DNA of 40,748 nt from a virus (lineage: Duplodnaviria > Caudoviricetes): positions 1 through 40,748 of IMG/VR virus record IMGVR_UViG_3300020440_000031; one strand, given 5' to 3'. The translations under genes were made by a program, and so were the position numbers. The notes below the pieces were generated by a model. The model saw nothing but the letters and a program-made list of their open reading frames with translations. It did no database searches and was not told where the DNA came from. The stretch's first letter is position 1. Every line of letters starts with the position of its first letter. This document shows positions 10,521 to 19,919 of this stretch, piece by piece.

Positions 10521-12736
10521 TACCAGAATCCTTTCTTGATTAGGTTACCATTTGCATATTCTTTAAGGCTGAATACTTGACTAACTGCTTGTCTACTGAC
10601 GATTGGTAAGAGATTAATAGTCATTGACATTTTGGTTGGAACATAGGTAGCACCTTTTGAACCGAGGTTACCTGGAGTTGGTTTAAAAGGTTGAGCACCA
10701 GCCTGCAATGGTTCACTACCTCCGTTACCTGCGTTTGTTACTGCGGTTTTAAGTCGGTTTAACGCACTGAAATTGCCATTTGAAGTTGCAGTTGCTAAAG
10801 GTTTTTGAAACTGCAATTGATCATCTCTGTTTATGTGTCGACTTCTTGCACGTATATAGTTAACATCATTTGGTAGGTTGTAGTTAAATTCTGTGATCGC
10901 ACAAGGGGACTCATTGAATTGATATTCTCCTAATCCTGAGAGATATAATAAAGGTGGAGGCGAACCACGTTGTGCATCTTGTCCGTAGAACATTTTACTA
11001 CAACTTTTCAAAAAGTGTATACATGCCAACAAATATTCAGCTTCTATTGTGTCTTGTGCAGTAAATTCGGCTACTATTTGTACAGTTTGTACACTTGAAT
11101 TTTTATAAAAGTAGTGTTGATAGTTACTGTGTGTTGGCGAATACGCATTGTATTCTGCTCTGTATTGCACATCAATGGTCGGTGTATATGGAAAAATAAT
11201 GCCGTCGGTTACTGCTAGTGGTGCCAGTATACCTGGATTAGGATCTTTGTACAAATAGGTTGCTTGCGGTGCTAGACGGAGCTTGACACGCCAATCACCA
11301 TCAGCATTCTTCACACCTGATGCTTCTCGCATCTCATTTACTGTTTGTTGTTGTCTAGCTTTTTCTTTAAGTGCTTGTGCATCAAGAGCTGCTTGTTCTT
11401 GTTGAGAAATAGCAGCCTGTTCGACTCCGTCTACGCCTTCACCTTCGGCTCCATCTCCTATATCTGCTGTAGGATCGTCACCTACCAGACTTTCGCCATC
11501 ATTTTCAACACGATCTTCTGGTGCTAGTATTGGATCGCCAAATTCGTCAAACTGTGCCGCTTCTGTATCACCAAAATCGTCAACTCCGAATTCATTCACT
11601 TCATCTGGTGAATTTATTGGATCTCCGAATTCATCAAATTGTGCTACTTCTGGATCGCCAAAGTCGTCTACACCAAATTGATTAACATCTGATGGTGACT
11701 CATAGTCTGCAAAGTCATCAACTTCGGCACCAAAGTCATTGTTGCTATAATCAGCAAAGTCGTCAACTTGTGCTGGTGTATTAATTTCACCAAAATCGTC
11801 TACCTGAGCACCAAAGTCGTTATTGCTATAATCAGCAAAGTCATCTACTTGTGCAGGAGCTTGAAACTCTGCAAAGTCATCTACCTGTGGCGGGCCTTGA
11901 GAGATTCCTGAAAAATCATCTACTTGTGTAATGTTTCTACTCGGCCCGCCAAAATCATCCACTTGTGGAACCGGTGTACCACTGAAATCATCTACTTGTG
12001 TTACGTTTCTTGTACGATCACTAAAGTCATCTACCTGTGGAACCGGTGTTCCTGAAAAATCATCAACTGGCGACTCGACTTGTGGTGGACGGGGTGGTGG
12101 TGCTGTAGGTACTGGAGTTTGAGCTCCGATTACATCTGGTGGCCGTGTTCCTAGTTCAGGTCTTGGTGTTGGAGTAACTACAGGTCCTTGTGCGTCAAAT
12201 TCTGCTTCAAATGCCGCAGTCTCGTCTATTGGTGGCCTTGGTGGCGGTGGTGCTGGAAATGGGTCTGGAGCCGGTGTCCTATCACTAAATGCTTGACTTG
12301 CAATAGTACCACCACCTTGAAACGCAGTTCCTGAGCCAGTGGTGTTAGAGACAGTTTCTGATGCTGGCGGTGATGTTACAGTTGGAGTTGGTGGTGTTGT
12401 AAACGGCCTACCCGTAACTGGATTAATTCTTGTATTTGATGTTGAACTTGATGGCGATGTTACAGTTGGTGGTGGTGTGGTTGTACCAGTAAATGCAGAT
12501 CCTGATCCAGGAGTTGTTCTTGGAGTATCTTCACTTTGAACGTTTTGTGACTTTTCACTTGTCACCCGTCCAAAATTACTGTTAGCCGCACGTGTCCCTA
12601 CACTATCAGTTGTATAATTACCCAATTCACTTGCAGGTATATTCGCTAGAGTTGCCAAAGTACCAATAGGTGCTTTTGGATACTGCTGTGCTAGTGCGTT
12701 CATTCTAGCGGCTTTTTTTGGATCGTAACCGGCCAT
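10520..12736 (-). CDS. Tail tube initiator / baseplate protein (gp48/gp54-like C-terminal domain) with long Pro-rich and acidic repeat N-terminus
   Basis: C-terminal DWRVKL...GIIFPYTPTI...PTHSNY...MFYGQ...GSPPPLLYLSGLG...LPNDVNYI tube-fold domain. Start moved from 12769 to ATG 12736, which has an AGGAG SD and lies downstream of the late promoter. Confidence 0.65.
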   Translation of the reverse strand: MAGYDPKKAARMNALAQQYPKAPIGTLATLANIPASELGNYTTDSVGTRAANSNFGRVTSEKSQNVQSEDTPRTTPGSGSAFTGTTTPPPTVTSPSSSTSNTRINPVTGRPFTTPPTPTVTSPPASETVSNTTGSGTAFQGGGTIASQAFSDRTPAPDPFPAPPPPRPPIDETAAFEAEFDAQGPVVTPTPRPELGTRPPDVIGAQTPVPTAPPPRPPQVESPVDDFSGTPVPQVDDFSDRTRNVTQVDDFSGTPVPQVDDFGGPSRNITQVDDFSGISQGPPQVDDFAEFQAPAQVDDFADYSNNDFGAQVDDFGEINTPAQVDDFADYSNNDFGAEVDDFADYESPSDVNQFGVDDFGDPEVAQFDEFGDPINSPDEVNEFGVDDFGDTEAAQFDEFGDPILAPEDRVENDGESLVGDDPTADIGDGAEGEGVDGVEQAAISQQEQAALDAQALKEKARQQQTVNEMREASGVKNADGDWRVKLRLAPQATYLYKDPNPGILAPLAVTDGIIFPYTPTIDVQYRAEYNAYSPTHSNYQHYFYKNSSVQTVQIVAEFTAQDTIEAEYLLACIHFLKSCSKMFYGQDAQRGSPPPLLYLSGLGEYQFNESPCAITEFNYNLPNDVNYIRARSRHINRDDQLQFQKPLATATSNGNFSALNRLKTAVTNAGNGGSEPLQAGAQPFKPTPGNLGSKGATYVPTKMSMTINLLPIVSRQAVSQVFSLKEYANGNLIKKGFW
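11525..12075 (-). repeat. Coding tandem repeats: 12 x VDDF, including nested units ADYSNNDFG x2 and FGVDDFGD...FDEFGDPI x2
   Basis: Read directly from the translation; DNA copies are synonymous-diverged (aaaatcatctacttg / aaagtcatctacctg / aaagtcgtcaacttg). Confidence 0.9.
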
Positions 12737-12753
12737 AGTGTCTCCTATAGTCT

Positions 12754-12782
12754 TATTTATGCTCACCAAAAACTGCGTAGTT
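12754..12782 (-). promoter_or_regulatory. Late promoter ATAAATA plus upstream AACTACGCAGTT near-palindrome, driving the baseplate operon
   Basis: tatttat at 12754-12760; aactgcgtagtt at 12771-12782; same 10-nt spacing as the gp6 promoter. Confidence 0.7.
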
Positions 12783-12787
12783 AATGA

Positions 12788-12816
12788 TTGACTTCTGATA
12801 AGTAATGTTGTATAAT
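12788..12816 (+). promoter_or_regulatory. Sigma70-type early/middle promoter for gp55-gp47-gp46
   Basis: TTGACT (12788-12793), 17 nt, TATAAT (12811-12816); AAGGAG SD before ATG 12846. Confidence 0.85.
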
Positions 12817-12845
12817 GTTACAGTTATTAGGCTAAGGAGAATCGT

Positions 12846-13736
12846 ATGCCACAGGTGAGAACACCTAGAAAAGTAAACTATCTAAACAACAGAGATATTT
12901 TAAAAGAAATTTGGAAAAGCAAAAACACTTACTGTTCATATCTAGAACGCGAGTATGCACAGTACGATATAATTGTACCAAGTGTTGACAAAATAAATCA
13001 ACGCACTGTTGCCGAAGCCAGACGAAACAAAGCTGATAGAATCAAAAGAGAAACTGGCGAGATCGTTAATCCTGTTAAACTCAACAACCAGGAACTGGTG
13101 TTTCGTGTTGTTTGTTGGGATCATATTCCAATGGTACCAAAAAAACTCACCAAAGCACAGGAAAAGAAAAAAAGCAAATTAGAAGAACTGCTGGAAATGG
13201 ACGATGTAGATATCGAAGATGATGGATTACAAGAACTCATGAGCGATGTTGAACAAGATCTCAACTATGTAAAACTTAACTTTCCTCCTTTTTGGCACTA
13301 CATGATTGATGAAAATCGTATTCCATATGTTGTTGGTAAATCGCATTGGGTAGGTGGCATGGAAAACGGATATTTTTCTAAAGATCATGGCAAAATGACA
13401 GACAAACTTGCACACATGTTTATAAAACTGTGTGAACGTTATGCAACAAGGTCAAACTGGCGTGGCTACACATACAATGAAGAGATGCGTGGACAAGCAT
13501 TGTTGCAATTGAGTCAAATTGGCTTACAATTTGATGAGAGCAAATCGCAAAATCCATTTGCATACTACACTGCTACTATAACAAACAGTTTTACTAGAGT
13601 CTTAAACATAGAAAAGAAAAATCAAAACATAAGAGATGATATACTTGAACAAAATGGATTGAATCCAAGTTGGACAAGACAGTTCAACAACTCACCAGAC
13701 GCAAAAAAACTACAACCAGAATTGGCTAAAAAATAG
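12846..13736 (+). CDS. gp55: Late transcription sigma factor, T4 gp55-like
   Basis: NYLNNRDILKEI N-terminus; LCERYATRSNWRGYTYNEEMRGQAL...FDESKSQNPFAYYT...NSFTRVLNIEKK; followed by gp47/gp46 as in T4-like phages. Confidence 0.9.
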   Translation: MPQVRTPRKVNYLNNRDILKEIWKSKNTYCSYLEREYAQYDIIVPSVDKINQRTVAEARRNKADRIKRETGEIVNPVKLNNQELVFRVVCWDHIPMVPKKLTKAQEKKKSKLEELLEMDDVDIEDDGLQELMSDVEQDLNYVKLNFPPFWHYMIDENRIPYVVGKSHWVGGMENGYFSKDHGKMTDKLAHMFIKLCERYATRSNWRGYTYNEEMRGQALLQLSQIGLQFDESKSQNPFAYYTATITNSFTRVLNIEKKNQNIRDDILEQNGLNPSWTRQFNNSPDAKKLQPELAKK

Positions 13737-13744
13737 GAATATAC

Positions 13745-14758
13745 ATGGGTTTGTTTAAAAAAGCTCTCGTGTTTACAGATATTCACTTTGGCATGAAAAG
13801 CAATAGCATCATGCACAACCAAGACTGTGAACAATTTGTTGAATGGGCAGTACAACAAGGCAAGTTGCATAACTGCGAAACTGCTATATTCATGGGCGAT
13901 TGGCATCATCACAGAGCCAGTCTAAGTTTACAAACCATGCACCATAGTCTACGTGCATTGGAAAACCTATCAAGAAGTTTTGACATCACTTACTTTATTA
14001 CAGGAAACCACGATTTGTACTACAGAGACAAACGTGATATCTATAGTTTTGAATGGGCTCGTCATATACCTAACCTAAAAATATGCAACGATTGGTTTGA
14101 ACAGGATGATGTAATACTGTGTCCTTGGCTGGTTGGGGACGATCATAAGCAGATAAAAACTGCAAGTGCCCAGTACATGTTTGGACATTTTGAACTTCCG
14201 CACTTTAAAATGAATGCCATGGTTGAAATGCCTGATCATGGAGAAATCAAATCAGAACACTTTCAGCAGTATGGCACAGTGTTCTCAGGACATTTTCATT
14301 TGCGTCAGCAGAAAAACAACATCAACTATATCGGCAATGCGTTCCCACACAACTTTTCTGATGCAGGAGATGACCAACGTGGTTGTATGATACTTGAATG
14401 GGGCAAAGAACCAGAATACATTGCTTGGCCAGATCAACCATTGTACAAAGTACTTGACTTGTCGCAGGTAATTGACTATGCTGATACCATACTGAAGCCA
14501 AAGATGCATGTTCGAGTAAATTTAGACATAGAAATATCCTATGAAGAAGCAAACTACATCAAAGAACAGTTTGCAACCAAGTACAAACTGCGTGAGATGG
14601 CACTTATACCAAACAAACGCAGTGCCTTAGAAGAAGAACTACAACCCGGAGACATAAAGTTTGAAAGTGTTGATCAAATTGTCACAGAACAAATTATAAA
14701 CATTGATTCAGAGTTCTATGATAACAAACTGTTATTAGAAATCTACAGAAGTCTGTAA
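13745..14758 (+). CDS. gp47: Recombination endonuclease subunit gp47 (Mre11/SbcD-like)
   Basis: Metallophosphoesterase motifs TDIHFG, GDWHH, GNHD, GHFE, SGHFH. Confidence 0.92.
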   Translation: MGLFKKALVFTDIHFGMKSNSIMHNQDCEQFVEWAVQQGKLHNCETAIFMGDWHHHRASLSLQTMHHSLRALENLSRSFDITYFITGNHDLYYRDKRDIYSFEWARHIPNLKICNDWFEQDDVILCPWLVGDDHKQIKTASAQYMFGHFELPHFKMNAMVEMPDHGEIKSEHFQQYGTVFSGHFHLRQQKNNINYIGNAFPHNFSDAGDDQRGCMILEWGKEPEYIAWPDQPLYKVLDLSQVIDYADTILKPKMHVRVNLDIEISYEEANYIKEQFATKYKLREMALIPNKRSALEEELQPGDIKFESVDQIVTEQIINIDSEFYDNKLLLEIYRSL

Positions 14759-14760
14759 TT

Positions 14761-15348
14761 ATGCTTTACACAAATTTTATCAAAATAGTTAAACAGTATG
14801 TGAACATTTTAGATATACTTAGTGTGCCAACCTTTGATCAAGACTTTGACGTGTTAAGAAATAGATTACTCAAAACAAAAAAACAAGAGTATAATCACAG
14901 AGATTATTATGTAATAGAACATTATGATCCACAATATTATTTGCCACATTGTCCATATAGTCTAACCACTTTCAATCTAGTACGCACATTTCAGGAAGTT
15001 GATATATCTTTAGGAAGAACAATAATATTTACAAACAATCTTGGATACATCAATGAGTTCAAAGTATTAATACCAGAAGACTTGCATCAGTTTGGCTTAC
15101 CAATTGTGTTTGACAAATACCTGTCAAACATGCCTTTTACTCATATTAAAAGTCAAGATTGTAAAGATTATCAAGATATTCCTATCAACAATACAAAAAT
15201 TGAAAAAAATTGTTTAACCATGATTGGAAAAGACCGAGTGCATCGCAATGTATTGTATACGCATATCAAAACAAATGACTACCTAAACCAAATTGCTACT
15301 GTATATAATGGAGGCGACCGCACACCTTTTTACAAAGGACCATTATGA
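14761..15348 (+). CDS. Hypothetical protein
   Basis: 195-aa ORF tightly packed between gp47 and the next gene; no motif recognised. Confidence 0.65.
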   Translation: MLYTNFIKIVKQYVNILDILSVPTFDQDFDVLRNRLLKTKKQEYNHRDYYVIEHYDPQYYLPHCPYSLTTFNLVRTFQEVDISLGRTIIFTNNLGYINEFKVLIPEDLHQFGLPIVFDKYLSNMPFTHIKSQDCKDYQDIPINNTKIEKNCLTMIGKDRVHRNVLYTHIKTNDYLNQIATVYNGGDRTPFYKGPL

Positions 15349-15893
15349 AGGTTAGGATCTATACTAATACAAAAACCAGAAACAACGAAAACTGGAATAC
15401 CTATGGAACATTCCAAACTGGCATACATCAAAAATACAAAGATCCAATTATCACTGGTGAATCAGCAGGACACGATAAGATTGGTACAAAGCATTTCCAG
15501 CAACAATTTTATCAAAAAATTGGCATTGATATTGTAACAGAAACTGTTTTTGATTACCCTTATCCTAGCATCACAGAAAAAATATTGAGACCAATTTTGA
15601 ATAAAAGAATGTTTTTGGTTGTAGGACCTGCTTATACCTTGCAATTCTTAAAGACTAAAGGATTCCAAACATTTAGTCCTTTTATCAATGAAGACTACGA
15701 TGAAATACATAATCCTATTGATCGAATGAATTTTTTGTTACAAGAAATAGATCGTTTGGTAACATTACCAATTGACTCTATACGTGATGCCGTGTTAAAC
15801 TATAAATCAGTATTAGATTCAAACTTTACTACTGTTGTGAACTTAGAAAAACTCGAACTAGAAGATTTAAAAGATAGATTATCAAAAATATGA
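15345..15893 (+). CDS. Putative glycosyltransferase-like domain protein (GT10/fucosyltransferase-like TEK motif)
   Basis: IVTETVFDYPYPSITEKILRPI...FLVVG...LKTKGFQTF..FINEDYD resembles the GT10 'ITEK' motif; ATGA overlaps at both ends. Confidence 0.5.
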   Translation: MKVRIYTNTKTRNNENWNTYGTFQTGIHQKYKDPIITGESAGHDKIGTKHFQQQFYQKIGIDIVTETVFDYPYPSITEKILRPILNKRMFLVVGPAYTLQFLKTKGFQTFSPFINEDYDEIHNPIDRMNFLLQEIDRLVTLPIDSIRDAVLNYKSVLDSNFTTVVNLEKLELEDLKDRLSKI

Positions 15894-17647
15894 TTCAAGT
15901 CAAAGACCTTACAGTAAAAAATTTTATGAGTGTAGGTAATGCTACACAAGCTATCAACTTTGATAGACAGGATCTCACATTGGTATTGGGAGAAAATATC
16001 GACTTAGGTGGTGATGGATCACGTAACGGTACTGGTAAAACTACTATAATAAACGCACTGAGCTACGCACTGTATGGAGAAGCACTAACAAACATACGCA
16101 GAGATAATCTCATAAACAAAACCAATTCAAAAGGCATGCTGGTTAGTTTAGACTTTTGTATTGGAGAACAGTGCTACAGAATTGAACGTGGACGTAAGCC
16201 AAATGTATTAAAATTTTATATAAATGACAATGAACAACTAGCAGAAGATTACGCACAAGGCGACAGTAGAGAAACACAAGGTGCAATACTAAAACTGTTG
16301 TGTATGAGCCATACTATGTTCAAGCATCTTGTGGCACTAAACACCTACACTGAACCTTTTTTAAGTTTAAAACAAAACGATCAAAGAGAAATAATTGAAC
16401 AACTGTTAGGTATTACACAACTCAGTGAACGTGCAGAAAAAATCAAAGAACTTAGCAAACAGACACGTGATGATATCAAACAAGAAGAAATGACCATTAA
16501 AGCATTGCAAACTGCTAATGATAAGATTGGTGAACAAATACAAGCACTCAAACGAAGACAAACACTGTGGATGAACAAAAAAGCAGAAGATGTCAAAAAG
16601 TTTGAAACTGCTATCAACGACCTTGCACATGTTGATATCGAAGCTGAACTATCTGCACATGCTGAACTTGCCAGTTGGACAGAATTAAATAATACACAAA
16701 TACAACTACAAAAAGACATTGCCGCACTAACTGCACAGATTACTAGAGCAGAAAAAGATGTTGCCAGGACTAAACGTGCATTAGAAAGTTTAGAATCAGG
16801 AACCTGTGGTAGTTGTGGACAAAGTGTTGCACACATGGAAACACATCAACAACATGTGGCAAAGGCACAGGAGGAATACAATGGGGCAAGTGATTTCCTT
16901 AGAGAAGTACAGGAAGGTATTGATGCACTCAAAGCAGATAAAAAAGAAATACCAGCGAGACCAAGAGTTTTTTATGATAGCCTGTCTGATGCACACAATC
17001 ATCGATCAACACTATCCTCACTTGAAACACAGTTACAAAGCAAACGTGCAGAAGCCGATCCTTACATTGATCAAATAGTAGAAATGCAAACCACTGCCGC
17101 TACTGAAATATCCTATGACAAACTAAATGACCTTACAAGACTACATGATCATCAAGACTTTTTACTAAAACTGCTAACAAACAAAGACAGTTTTGTTCGT
17201 AAACGTATTATTGATCAAAATCTCAGCTACTTGAATTCAAGGCTTACACACTACCTGGATCGAATAGGCTTGCCACACACAGTCGTATTTCAAAACGATT
17301 TGACTGTTGAAATACAAGAACTTGGTAGAGATCTAGACTTTGATAATCTTAGTAGAGGTGAAAGAAATCGGCTAATTATTAGTATGAGTTGGGCTTTTCG
17401 TGATGTATGGGAGAGCCTGTACGGAGCTATTAACTTACTTTTTATTGATGAAATGATTGATTCGGGCATGGATACTTCGGGTGTTGAAGCTGCACTAGCC
17501 TTGCTAAAGAAAATGGCAAGAGAACGTGGCAAAAGTATTTGGTTGGTATCACACAAAGACGAACTAGCAGGGCGTGTAAATAATCTGTTGAAAGTTGTAA
17601 AAGAAAATGGCTTTACAAGTTATAGTACAGATGTTGAAGTTGCTTAA
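15890..17647 (+). CDS. gp46: Recombination ATPase subunit gp46 (Rad50/SbcC-like)
   Basis: VKNFMSVGN; Walker A NGTGKTT; coiled coil with zinc hook CGSC; signature LSRGE; Walker B LLFIDE; VSH. Confidence 0.93.
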   Translation: MIQVKDLTVKNFMSVGNATQAINFDRQDLTLVLGENIDLGGDGSRNGTGKTTIINALSYALYGEALTNIRRDNLINKTNSKGMLVSLDFCIGEQCYRIERGRKPNVLKFYINDNEQLAEDYAQGDSRETQGAILKLLCMSHTMFKHLVALNTYTEPFLSLKQNDQREIIEQLLGITQLSERAEKIKELSKQTRDDIKQEEMTIKALQTANDKIGEQIQALKRRQTLWMNKKAEDVKKFETAINDLAHVDIEAELSAHAELASWTELNNTQIQLQKDIAALTAQITRAEKDVARTKRALESLESGTCGSCGQSVAHMETHQQHVAKAQEEYNGASDFLREVQEGIDALKADKKEIPARPRVFYDSLSDAHNHRSTLSSLETQLQSKRAEADPYIDQIVEMQTTAATEISYDKLNDLTRLHDHQDFLLKLLTNKDSFVRKRIIDQNLSYLNSRLTHYLDRIGLPHTVVFQNDLTVEIQELGRDLDFDNLSRGERNRLIISMSWAFRDVWESLYGAINLLFIDEMIDSGMDTSGVEAALALLKKMARERGKSIWLVSHKDELAGRVNNLLKVVKENGFTSYSTDVEVA

Positions 17648-18054
17648 TGTTTACAATAGAAATTTTCCACGATCAATTAACAGAATACAAACTTTTTGTA
17701 GACGAACAACTTATTTCTGAAGGAATGTGCAACCGGACTGTAGAGCTGTGTGTTCCAGAATCTTTGGTTAGTATTTGGTTTTATCCATGGAAAATAGTAC
17801 CAACCATTAGAATAAACAATTTTATAGTCAATACCGGTCTTGCTGAGATTGATTTATACGATCATAAATTTGATGTAGAGTTAACAAACGACTTTTACCA
17901 AAAATATCATCAAAACGATATTGCCAGTAGAATGGATTTGTTTTATCAAACTGACAATGGTAAAAATAACGAACAATTATTTGACGAGATAATTGGCTTT
18001 AACACTCACGATGATGTTGTTAAACAAATTAAAAAGGTATTAGATGTCAGATAA
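17647..18054 (+). CDS. Hypothetical protein coupled to radical SAM gene
   Basis: 135-aa ORF overlapping the gp46 stop and the start of the radical SAM gene. Confidence 0.65.
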   Translation: MFTIEIFHDQLTEYKLFVDEQLISEGMCNRTVELCVPESLVSIWFYPWKIVPTIRINNFIVNTGLAEIDLYDHKFDVELTNDFYQKYHQNDIASRMDLFYQTDNGKNNEQLFDEIIGFNTHDDVVKQIKKVLDVR

Positions 18055-19513
18055 ATTTGTTTTTGTATATGTGCCGATACAAACTGTAAGTTACCCATCT
18101 GCTGCTTATGGAATGCTAAAACCTGTTATAGACCGGAACAAATTAACAAGTGAATTGTGCGATCTTAACATACTCCTGAATAAAGAGCTTTCTAACAGTG
18201 AATTTGATGATCTATACAACTGGTCTGCATATGCTAAATCAGAGATCACTACAAAATTGAAAAATAAAGTGGTGGAAATTGCTTGTAAAAAATTAGGTAA
18301 TTTCAATGGCTGGTTAGCATTTAGTGTATTCAGTTTTTACAATGCAAGAATTGTAAATTTGTTGCTAAGGCATATGAAAGACAAGCAAAGAAATTTCAAA
18401 ATTTTACTAGGTGGTAATGGATGTAGTTCTTCATTAGCCGAATTTGATAACAAAGAATTTGGACACTATTGCCTGGATAACAAATTATGCGATTATGTAA
18501 TTTTTGGCGAAGGAGAAGTTGCACTCAACGAATTGTTAAAGGGAAATGACACCTATCCTGGTATTAATAAAAGTAATTTTCAACAAATCACAAACTTAGA
18601 TCTTTTGGAGTTTCCTGATTATAAAGGTATAGACTGGTCTGCTTATGTTGATCCAAGACTGATGATTACAGGAAGCAGAGGTTGTGTTAGAAAATGTACA
18701 TTTTGTGATATTGAACTTTCTTGGCCAAAATTTAGATATCGCAGTGCAGAAAACATTGTGGAAGAAATTAAGAAAAATTTTTACGAAACAGGAATCACAC
18801 AATTTGAATTCACTGATAGTTTGATAAACGGTAGTATAAGCAACTTTGACAAGTTCAATAAATTACTAATAGAAGAAAAAGCTAAAGATTCAGCTCTTGC
18901 TGATATAACCTATACTGGGCAGTTTATATGCCGGCCGCAAAAACAGATGCCAGAACAAACCTATGAATTAATGCACAACGCCGGATGCACACAAATCACA
19001 GTTGGTATTGAAAGTTTCAGTGAAAGTATTCGAGATCACATGAAGAAAAAATTTAGCAACGAAGATATAGATTACCATTTTGAAATGTGTGGTCGTTGGA
19101 GTATTCCAAATATACTATTGCTTATAATTGGATATCCAACTGAAACTGAACAAGATCACCAAACAAACATCAATGCTCTTTACAAATACAAAAAGTATAG
19201 TGACATGGGAACAATTTTTATGAGTCGTTGGGGTTTTACAATGCACATATATGACGGAACTCCAATAAGTGCAATGAAAGAAGAATTAGGAATAAGAGAC
19301 AATAATAGTAATGTACACGGAGATGCAGTTTTTAATTGGATCAGCACTAAAAATCCGGGATTAGACTTAGCAGAAAGAATTCGACGTAGAGTTGAATTAC
19401 ACGAAATAAGTCATAGGTTAGGATACACCATGCCTAACAGTCGTAAAGAATTACAAACCTTGTTGAGTATTGCAAAAGACTATACAAAACAGAAAAATTT
19501 GGTTGCACAATGA
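18044..19513 (+). CDS. B12-binding-domain radical SAM protein
   Basis: GSRGCVRKCTFC (CxxxCxxC); N-terminal ILLGG...DYVIFGEGE cobalamin-binding-like domain; GIESFS; IIGYPTET. Confidence 0.85.
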   Translation: MSDKFVFVYVPIQTVSYPSAAYGMLKPVIDRNKLTSELCDLNILLNKELSNSEFDDLYNWSAYAKSEITTKLKNKVVEIACKKLGNFNGWLAFSVFSFYNARIVNLLLRHMKDKQRNFKILLGGNGCSSSLAEFDNKEFGHYCLDNKLCDYVIFGEGEVALNELLKGNDTYPGINKSNFQQITNLDLLEFPDYKGIDWSAYVDPRLMITGSRGCVRKCTFCDIELSWPKFRYRSAENIVEEIKKNFYETGITQFEFTDSLINGSISNFDKFNKLLIEEKAKDSALADITYTGQFICRPQKQMPEQTYELMHNAGCTQITVGIESFSESIRDHMKKKFSNEDIDYHFEMCGRWSIPNILLLIIGYPTETEQDHQTNINALYKYKKYSDMGTIFMSRWGFTMHIYDGTPISAMKEELGIRDNNSNVHGDAVFNWISTKNPGLDLAERIRRRVELHEISHRLGYTMPNSRKELQTLLSIAKDYTKQKNLVAQ

Positions 19514-19917
19514 TGTGGATGTATAAAGGCAAACAAGTATCAGATATTCCAGAAGAATTTATTGGATTTGTATATCTAATTACAAATACAACAAATAATA
19601 GACGATATATAGGTAAAAAACTTACACAATTCAAACGCAGTAAAAAACCACTCAAAGGCAGAACCAACAAACGTAGATACACAGTTGAATCAGACTGGCG
19701 TGATTACTATGGAAGTAGCGACGAGCTTTCTGCTGATGTAGAAGCACTGGGCAAAGACAAGTTTAAACGTGAAATATTATTTTGGTGTAAGAGCAAAAGT
19801 GAACTGAGCTACATTGAAGCAAGAGAACAATTTACACATAAAGTACTAGAATCAAAACAATGGTATAACGGGCACATACGGGTTCGTGTACACCAAAAAG
19901 GCATTTTAAAAGAATAA
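19510..19917 (+). CDS. Stand-alone GIY-YIG nuclease domain protein (Seg-like, catalytic domain only)
   Basis: GFVYLITNTTNNRRYIGKK; YYGSS; FKREIL; conserved E (SYIEAREQF); YNG; no C-terminal DNA-binding domain in 135 aa. Confidence 0.8.
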   Translation: MMWMYKGKQVSDIPEEFIGFVYLITNTTNNRRYIGKKLTQFKRSKKPLKGRTNKRRYTVESDWRDYYGSSDELSADVEALGKDKFKREILFWCKSKSELSYIEAREQFTHKVLESKQWYNGHIRVRVHQKGILKE

Positions 19918-19919
19918 TT

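Noticed and set aside
11525-12075. CRISPR array or non-coding repeat
   Set aside because: The repeats are in-frame, vary at synonymous positions and have irregular lengths, so they are protein-level repeats.
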